Under the pieces are notes generated by a model that made no database searches, was not told where the DNA came from, and saw nothing but the letters and a program-made list of their open reading frames with translations. The position numbers and the translations under genes were made by a program. A stretch of DNA of 63,653 bases, filler included, from Parasitella parasitica NRRL 2501 (lineage: Eukaryota; Fungi; Mucoromycota), in NCBI GenBank assembly GCA_025201805.1. It is 8 parts of 8 records of this genome, joined end to end, with 100 filler letters (N's around TTAATTAATTAA, not from the genome) between each part and the next. Parts side by side here need not be neighbours in the genome. Positions count along the whole stretch, not along the records: positions 54,455 to 57,154 come from MU619553.1; positions 57,255 to 59,344 come from MU619383.1; positions 59,445 to 61,688 come from MU619518.1; positions 61,789 to 63,653 come from MU619595.1; 4 more parts are not named here. One strand, written 5' to 3'. This document shows, piece by piece, positions 54,783-63,653 of this stretch (position 1 is its first letter; every line of letters begins with the position of its first letter).

Positions 54783-55560
54783 CATGAAAAAATTTATGAA
54801 GATTCTAAAGAGTAAATGGAAGAAGATATCAGGAAAGTATACTTATCAAAGCACCAACATCTCAACAAATTTCAGTACTGGCGCTTTAAAAAAAAACTAT
54901 TTACAGTGAGATACTAATATAGAAATACAGCTATAACCATTGTCTTAATGCAAGTACTCGGGTCATGCTTTCACTCCTATTGAAATACGCTTCAAGGTAT
55001 TTTATTAATTGCTTTTCAGTAGAAGCACGGAATTGTGTGCATTGATATTACCTCATCGATGCATTCGTGTATCACTTGTACTCATCTGAGATTTACCTGT
55101 ATTTCACATCATCTCATGACAAGTAAAGCTGACACAAAATCAAACAGGCCTTTATGCTTTGCCTATTTAAAATGGCTATTTCGAGCATGGCCTACCAACC
55201 AACGAAATTGGATCAGCAAGGATATCTGTAACTGCGTAAGAATAGAATGATTGTATATCAATATAAAATGAGCCGCTCTTTTTATATATTAAGTAAGTGA
55301 TTGTATCTCACATTTGCACCGAGTTGCACCTTTTTACTAAGTAATGCCTAGTGTAGTATTATTGAACAAGGTTATGTGGCCTAGAACAGCAGATTTTAAA
55401 ATTATATACTGCTCATAACAATGAATTTATTATAATCAGGAGTTTGGGGGCACTTTACGTACTTTATGTGGGTATATGAATTGAATGAACACAATGAACA
55501 CAATGGACGAAATATTTGCATCCTCAATGGCATTGCAATCGAGGCACCTTTTTCCTTCCA

Positions 55561-56283
55561 ATGTACTTTTTTTCTAGCTTTTACTTTATCACAGCCATAA
55601 GCGTCGTCTCCAGTATACCTTCCTTGAAAGGAACAAGTATCACGACTATAGTGAAACTCGTAAACCAATGTGATAGTGCAATTCATGTCGGTCAACTGGG
55701 GGATACAATTCTAAATAGTGGTAATGTAATCAACATCGCCCCAGGCTCTTCAAAGAAATACCGTTTTGAAGGTCAATGGTCGGGGCGCTTTTGGGCAAGA
55801 GAAGTCTGTGAAGCAAATGTTTGTCAGATAGCCGGAGCTGCATTTCCGGCTTCTTTAGCAGAATTCACTTTTCGGGCGAGTGGCGATAAAGACTATTATG
55901 ATATATCATTTGTAGATGGCTACAATCTTCCCATCCGAATCGATCCAATTCAAGCAAATACAACGGCTCAAAAAGGATCAGAATCTGGGAAATACTGGTG
56001 TGGCACTCCAACCTGTGATACTGTTCCTCAATGCCCTTCTGAACTACAAGTCAAGTCTGCAGACGGTGCATATATTGGGTGCTTGAGTGCTTGCTCCAAG
56101 TTTGAGACACCAGAATATTGTTGCACTGAAGCTAACAATACTCCGGATACATGCCTCATAAACGATTACGCTGCTTCAGTGAAAAAAGCATGTCCTGATG
56201 TTTACAGTTATGCTTACGATGATGTCTCAAGCTTATATGAATGTAGAGCATCCGGCTACACTATTACGTGGTGTCCGAAATAA
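55561..56283 (+). CDS. Thaumatin-like (PR-5/osmotin) secreted protein
   Basis: Hydrophobic N-terminus, WSGRFWAR, SLAEFT, DYYDISFVDGYNLP, CLSAC, YCC and KKACPDVYSYAYDD. Confidence 0.93.
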   Translation: MYFFSSFYFITAISVVSSIPSLKGTSITTIVKLVNQCDSAIHVGQLGDTILNSGNVINIAPGSSKKYRFEGQWSGRFWAREVCEANVCQIAGAAFPASLAEFTFRASGDKDYYDISFVDGYNLPIRIDPIQANTTAQKGSESGKYWCGTPTCDTVPQCPSELQVKSADGAYIGCLSACSKFETPEYCCTEANNTPDTCLINDYAASVKKACPDVYSYAYDDVSSLYECRASGYTITWCPK

Positions 56284-56844
56284 CTCAATAAAAAATATGG
56301 CGTTGATTTATAATAATGATCCATGCTGGAATTATATCGATTAGTAATGGCTACACAGTTTTTTTTTATTACCAGTTAATTTATCTACAAGCCGAGTTCT
56401 TCATTGAGTCATAAATATCACGTTCTTTGATGGTACTCGTCTGGAACGTTTCAGAGTCTTCTTGCAATCTTAAACACTTCCTTTATAGGCCGATTCTGTA
56501 GGCATTAGAATATATTACATTAATTAACCGGGTTAATTTGAAATTGTCTGAAATTGCCTGAAATGAAGTCCATGGCAATTAACGAAAAGATTATTTCATG
56601 TCCAATGGAATTTAGAGATGTCTGGTAGATTTATCTAAACATGTGTTCTGTTGTATCCATATAAAGGCTACATATGTCATATCTAACTTAGTCATAATGC
56701 ATCGATCATGATATTAATTGTTGGTAATTCTTTTAAAAATAAAGAATAAGCTACAAGTTGTAATTGGACCTCTTGCAAGGTTCCAGGCTTATTCAAAGAA
56801 TACATCTAGAACAGATCGCGGGATGTCGTCGGGAAGACATCCTA

Positions 56845-57154
56845 CAGTAGCCGCTCGATTTAAGGCTGTTCGATATAAGGCTATTCACGATATAAGGCTA
56901 CAATTCTTTATGAATTTTTTTTTAAGCAGGGAGTTAGCCTTATTAGCCTTATTCGATATAAGGCTGAAAATTTTCGAAATTTTAGCCTTATTTTACAGTA
57001 AATTGACGGTATTTAAATTTGGGTTGTGTTGGAAACTGAGCATTATGCATACAGATTTCGTACTTTGGCTCGATAGTGAGACGCTCTCTTGATTGTTGAT
57101 TAATGCTCATAGTATAATTGTTTGCCAAAATATGCTTTTTTAAAAATAAAGAAG
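56845..57154. mobile_element. Second copy of the 481-bp MITE (truncated by a gap)
   Basis: Essentially identical to 14247-14556, with TA at 56843-44. Confidence 0.9.
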
Positions 57155-57385
57155 NNNNNNNNNNNNNNNNNNNNNNNNNNNNNNNNNNNNNNNNNNNNTT
57201 AATTAATTAANNNNNNNNNNNNNNNNNNNNNNNNNNNNNNNNNNNNNNNNNNNNACCTTCCTGATTTGAAACAAAGACTTTATTCTCCTGTTTCGACAAG
57301 TATAACAACACATCATTGGACAATCTCCAATCTTTAATTGAAGTACATTATCATGATCTCCTATCCTACATTATGGCAGATCAGA

Positions 57386-57720
57386 GGCCTTATTAGATAA
57401 TCCGGAACAGATATATAGCAGAAGATATGCAGTTAAGATTATTGAGACAAAAAGATTATCATCAATTAGGGAAAGTGAGGAATTAGACAAGAAATGTTGC
57501 TAGGGAAATGTCATAAAGAGATCTGACGAAGAAAAACTCTTCTTGCTGGTCAAAACGGCTTCTATTTTTACTTTTTGTGAGCTATTTAGTTCACTGAAAT
57601 ATGAACAAGAATATAACCAATAATGTGGAAGAATTAGGTGTGATAATGTGACCTGGATCAATAAGATGATAATTACATCGTAAATCAGGAAAGCAAGAAT
57701 AATAGTGTGGCATTGTTACA
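57386..57720. repeat. LTR-like repeat shared with ~62497-62840
   Basis: Shared blocks GGCCTTATTAGATAATC and AGATCTGACGAAGAAAA..TTGCTGGTCAAAA.GGC.TCTATTT. Confidence 0.55.
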
Positions 57721-60416
57721 CAAGAACGAGATTCATTGCCATTTTGAAAATAGATGTAATTTTTTTATTTATGCTTGACAGGATCATGACAAATAGGCTA
57801 TCGAGAAAGAGCAAAATAAAGCCTATCTTATGCGCCATAAGAACAGGCATGATCATCGCTATCTGAGCATAACTTGATTTCCACTGAGTGATGTCTCTAT
57901 CAAAAGTTATCTGCAAAACCAGTTTTATTTTTCAATATTTCTCATAAATATCACATATTTGCTCATAACTTGTGCTAAAATGACCGTAGAACCGAGATCT
58001 AACTTGGAAAACTTAGCCTTGACTTGGCGCTATCTTGCATCAACTTTTGCGGAGGTTAAAAATTTTAGACCTCCTTTTAAAACTCCGCATTTTGGTGTTT
58101 CCATCTTTTTTGTATCTTTTGGTTCGATTTTATTTTACATGTCTTTTTTTTCTGTTTTTTTGAATATGCTTGCGAATTGATGAAAAACAGGGTTGGTTTT
58201 TCCTGGTTTTAACATTTTGCCTGGCGACATTGTTTTATCAAACTTGCAGTCTAACTGTAATGATTCACATTACATGATGTCTCATTTTATATGAAACATC
58301 CAATTGTTATAAATAGGTTCAACGTTTACCAGATATTGGAACGCTAGTGAAAATATCTGTAATAGCGACTATAGTTTATTACAATAAACATTTCTTATAT
58401 ACTAGCAAATCTATTATCTATAAACCATTCTTATCACTGCGAACCTGATCTGTCACTACCGATCGTTGTTTACATATATATAAGTTTATAGTTCATATAA
58501 ATATCGCCGCATTGCTGTCAATTACTTCTTGTCAAATAATAGCTACATATATTATAACCCTGATAGCAATGTCAACAATTAGATACACCAACCGTCCATT
58601 AACATAGTACATCGTTCTACCCTTACTACTAGATAATTGTGCTCCATCACACGACCGTAAAATACCTGCAACAACGAACACAAAGTGGGCGCGTGTGCAT
58701 CTTAGAAAATCAAGTATAAGAGTATAGCGTAATAGAAGTAGCAAAAAAAAAACCAGAAAAATGGGGTTGCCAATTTTTTAATACGCCTAATAACATTGAC
58801 CGTGTTTTGCGTAAGCAGTAAATGCAATGCAATGCAGTAAACAGTATAAAATTGCAAAACTAATGGAAAAACTCTAATCTGGTGCACCAAGGTTATATGA
58901 TAAGATAAGCTTGATGTTGTTGAAAATGATACCTTTTATGTTTTGAAAATTGGTTGCTTAGATGAAAAGCTATTTCAATCTAAAGTCTTGATGAAAGGAG
59001 GACAAAATGGAAGAAACACTTATTTCATGTCTCATAGTTCTTTTCTAGACTTTAAATTATGACAGCCAAGTTTGTCAATGCATTGTTGCATTCGAATGGT
59101 GTATTAATTATAGTGTGGTTTGTTTCTCTTGTCTTCTCTACACTGCTCAATACAAAAAGCGAAATTGAGAAATCTGCGGCATACAGCAGTAGCATTTTGA
59201 AAATATTATTACGGTTATAAATTATGTTTTGCTTGTGCTGAAGTGATAGTGCAGTAAATTTGAAAGATTTACGAAATAAAAAAAAATAAAAAAATAAAAG
59301 CGATATGAAATTACAATTATAATCAAGTTTGGGGTTCTTTATTANNNNNNNNNNNNNNNNNNNNNNNNNNNNNNNNNNNNNNNNNNNNTTAATTAATTAA
59401 NNNNNNNNNNNNNNNNNNNNNNNNNNNNNNNNNNNNNNNNNNNNTGTTCCTGAATTGTGTTCAGGATTGAGTTTACTTGAGTTTGACTTCCGGTTGGGAA
59501 ATTGACACATCAGTGTTGTGCCAGGTCTTGAAAATGAGCACAGCAGGTGATTGTATGTGATATAAAAATATAAGAATGTAATAAAGACTTAGTTTACCAA
59601 ATACAAAACTATTGATTTATTGATTGACAAGAAGCTGTCTATTTATATTAGAATAAATCTATCTAAATCAATCTGTAATAAAAAGTGAAAACCAACAATA
59701 GATACAATTTAATTCCTTCTTTATTTTTTGGAATAAGATAACGTGCAAAGGTTAGACATTTCTATTCTATTTATATTCGTTGTTGAAAACGGTCTGTCTG
59801 TCAGTTATGCCGTAACTGTCAGTCAGGTTTTACTGTATTTGATTTTACATAATCAAGTACGGTATTCTAATATCGATGTTTCTGACACATTTGTAAATGA
59901 CATGCATGGAACAGTCCTTACATTGGTCTATGCGTTCCAAATGTGGTTTGTGGTTCGATTTCTTTTTATAAATACTTCATGGTTTAACGGTTAGATATTT
60001 AGGTAATCTGTTTATTAGCTTGATTTGGAATCTCTAAAGTAGTTCCGTAAGAGATGACATTCAATTACTTTTTGTGGGAAGTTCTATCACTTCAGCACAC
60101 AATCTATAAAATACAATCAAGTCATGTTTGACATTTAATTGTCAAACAAGATTATAACACAGTAGTAGTCAGAGCAAGACCTATTTCTATATGTAATCAG
60201 CTAATTGTTATGAATGTGAATCATCTATCGATAAGTTGAGCTTTGCAATTTAGAATAAGTAGAACCCAAATAGATGGTTTCTTATACAAGACATTCTATT
60301 GAATACTTCTATTTACTAGATAGAATAATCGATGCCATTTAACCTTAGATCCGATCAGGAACGGTTGCCATGACAACTGAGTTGAAATAGTGGTAACCAT
60401 GGTATTCTATGGATAC

Positions 60417-61150
60417 AACAAGCCGTGCCTCCCGGCTGCAGAGGTGCAACTAGAATTGGGGTAGTGGTAGTGTTGTTGGAAGCAGGAAGAGCCGCCGTCT
60501 GGGTGGATGCCTCGAGTTCTGCAATTCTGCGATTCGCAATATCTAAAGCCAATTGAAGTTCCTGATTGCGTTGCAAAAGACCATGGATTTGATCAATTTG
60601 CGCAGTATGAGACTTCAAATGATGTTCGTGCATCGATAGCTTAGAATAGATGTCCTGAATCCAATTGGGCATCAATTCAAAAGAGTGAAGATCTTCAGAT
60701 CGAGGAAGACGTAAATCAGTAGGAGGAGCTGGTAAAGATGAGCCATCAGTGATGGTGTAGTGGCAGATAAGATGGGTGAAGTAGCCGTGGCGGTAGCAGA
60801 TGATGGATTGGTATTGTGAGAGGTCATTGTGGGCTTCTGGTCGACACTGGGAGGATGGAAGCGAGGCGAGTTACGTACAGGGACTGTAGTAGCCTTTAGT
60901 GTGAAGAAGCGGCGCTTCTTCGAAGCGACAGGTAATTTGGTGGGTCTCGACTTGAGTGCCGCCTTGGGACTCCTAAGAGTGAGACGAGAAGAAGAAGTGA
61001 TGGCAGGTGCAGGCTTATGTGAAGAGTCTGCGGTGGTAGTTGGAGGTTGGTTGTTTTCTGTGGCTGTTTTGATTGTACTGCTGATTGATGTTGTTTTCTG
61101 GGCTTTAAAGGGTCCCAAAAAAACAAATAGACGAAAGAAAAGATGATTGT
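60417..61150 (-). pseudogene. Probable LINE ORF1 5' fragment
   Basis: Ser/Thr/Pro-rich leader, then a coiled coil (QIDQIHGLLQRNQELQLALDIANRRIAELEAS). It abuts LTR sequence at ~60416. Confidence 0.4.
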
Positions 61151-63073
61151 TAATTAGAATGGAGTGTACAGCTTAAAAATTGCCTTTTTTGGTTTTCGAA
61201 TCTCCTAATTTGGTTGATTCAAGCTATTTCGCCTGACTTTCAACATGATTTACTCTGTCGAAAGAGCTCTTATTTCAAATCAAAATAAATGACCATTTAT
61301 TTCACACTTTGTTGCATACGCACGTATTTTTTTATAGTTTTCTAAAGCTTCTAAATATTTTTAATTAGTTTTTGAAAATGAGATATACTTGATTTAACGC
61401 CGACTTCTCAAAAATTCGAAACTTGAATGGGAATTACAAAACCAAACAAAGCATTTATACACTCTATTCCTCGCTGAATTGTGTTTATTTTGCTGTGTTC
61501 TTGTGTAAATATGATTTGTATAAAGTAATAAAGACTTTTCTGAATAAAACCAAATACAAAACTGAAGACTTTTATTGACATAAAATATGATCTCTATTTA
61601 TACTAAAATATATATCCCAATCAATGTTTATCCACATAACATCTGATGTTTGACAAGAAGTGTCAAACCTTATTAAATCACAGCATTTNNNNNNNNNNNN
61701 NNNNNNNNNNNNNNNNNNNNNNNNNNNNNNNNTTAATTAATTAANNNNNNNNNNNNNNNNNNNNNNNNNNNNNNNNNNNNNNNNNNNNAATGTTTCTTGT
61801 TGCTTGAACAGCAACTGGGAAGCTTAATCGGGGCTGGTTCACTAAATGAGCCGGTTTGGGACCTGGAGTCTTGGATCCATGCTTGCTTTTTGAACCAGTC
61901 GGACGGCCCTTCTTTGCAGGTGTGTTGTAAGGCATTGTTTCTAGTTTATTTCATTAATTAAGTCAGTAACTGCTTCGTCGAACATCCAAGATTGTTTAAA
62001 AATGTTTTCTTAAATTTTTAAGACATACTTGAATTTATAATAATATGTTTGTGAAAAGAAGAGAAAAGAAAATAAGCCTTTCAAGTGAAAAATTTACTTA
62101 AATGTAGAAATGTCAAATCGAAAAAGGTACAATCAATTAACGGGGTAACAGAATTGTTTACTTCACAGCCGGCAGAATGTTCAGACTCTGCAGTGCTTAC
62201 TTTAATATATAATCAGTTACACTATTTCGAGCACTCTTATTGGATCATTACACTATTTCTAGCATTTTTATTGGCTCATTACACTATTTCTAGCTATTTT
62301 ATTGGATACATTTGGCCTCACTATAAGCGTACCGTCATTTTGTGGTCTTGTTCCTGGTAATTCTAGTATAACGTAATGTATAATGTCTGATTTGTTAGTG
62401 AGTTTCACGCATAATAGTTATGTCAGATTTCAAATCAATAGCAACGTATGAGAGGAACAAAATAGGGGATAATCAAGAACATTATCAGGGATCTACGGCC
62501 TTATTAGATAATCAGGGACAGAGTACTAAGAGAAGAAGATATGCAGTAAGTTTATTTCAAATAAGGAGGCTATGATTTAATAAAGGAAAGGTGGAGAAAG
62601 ATAAGAAGATTGCTAGGGATATTTAATAAGGGAATTCGATGAGGAGATCTGACGAAGAAAACTTTTCTTTGCTGGTCAAAATGGCCTCTATTTATACTTT
62701 TTGCGAGGTGTCTAGTTCACATTTCAGTGAACTAGACTATTTACTATAACGTGGATCAATTAGGTAAATAGGATATCGTGGATCAATAAGTCAATAGTAT
62801 AATGTGGATGAGTAAGGCAAGAATGACAGTGTGAATCAGAGAGGCAAGAATGCAATGCGGATTGATTAGGGAAGAACGAGGTGATATATATTTTTAGATT
62901 AAGATGTATAATTGTTTGGGCTTGAAGGCTCGACAGGTTCATGACAAACATATAAGATGTTAAGTCGATTCACGGGAAAAAATGAAATTAAAAAATAAAT
63001 AAATGTGATTTACCATAATTATAGACAGGAGATTCTGGCAAGAATATACTTCTTAATTGAAGATTGAAGATTG

Positions 63074-63296
63074 TGTTATATCAATAACATGGCAATATCA
63101 AGGTCTCACATCAGGATCTCAGATCAGTCCCAGGGTCTTACAGTGAATCATGGGTAGTCATAATTTACATTATTATGCAGCTAGACAGTAGAACCCTAGT
63201 ATAATGAATGTGTATAATATAATACATCGAGAGATATATTATGTATAAAAGTGTGATTCTTTGGCAGATTTATTTTATCAGACTTTTGACATAACA
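63074..63296. mobile_element. Solo LTR (family B), 223 bp, nested in an LTR-A copy
   Basis: TGTTAT...ATAACA termini with a perfect 5-bp TSD GATTG (63069-73 and 63297-301). Confidence 0.9.
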
Positions 63297-63653
63297 GATT
63301 GTCCAATGATGTGATGTGATACGCTTGTTGTGTAAATTGGAGAATAAAGTCTCTGTTTGAAATCAAGAAGGTTATTCCTGTTAGTGACACAGATCTGAGC
63401 ACCAGGATAAAGCTTAAGGCACCACTATGGCCTCCTGGATGTTCTCGGTAAACATAAATGTGCTCAAATGGGAACATTATTAGGGTCATGGGAGTATTTA
63501 TGTGCTTGTGAGAACTTAAATAATTTTGCCACAGAATGTGCGTCTATAAATAAAAAGTTGAGATAGCTCATTTTTAATAACATAATACTATTTCTGAGAC
63601 ATTTCGGTTTTTTTTGTGCTGGTAGTAACATTTGCTACCAAATATTTGTTGAG

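Overview
AT-rich, intron-containing eukaryotic DNA, most consistent with a Mucorales fungus (inferred from gene style and TE content). It is a scaffold with artificial 100-bp N/TTAATTAATTAA gap linkers. Ordinary genes: F-box/RCC1 (Saf1-like), an Sde2-like ubiquitin-fold protein, FHIP/FAM160, an SDR, CDC123, Rab7/YPT7, an FGDF-motif protein, a ketohexokinase-like PfkB kinase, a C2H2 protein, MSS4-type PIP5K, two head-to-head WrbA/Pst2 flavodoxins, BRCA2, a PD-(D/E)XK-like protein and a thaumatin. They are interspersed with TE debris (Tc1/mariner, hAT, Ty3/Gypsy and LTRs, LINE, MITE). The main result is a Fanzor (eukaryotic TnpB-like, RNA-guided nuclease) locus. An open 184-codon Fanzor1 C-terminus (bridge helix, rearranged RuvC-II DEYLTS, zinc finger, RuvC-III WNRD) at 50850-51404 lies inside a TA-flanked element with >=188-bp terminal inverted repeats (48635-51762), which predicts an omegaRNA and guide at the right end. 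A second, heavily decayed Fanzor1 (N-terminus through RuvC-I) is absent from the ORF track and sits at about 38110-39500. All family assignments come from motif recognition by eye, not from database searches.
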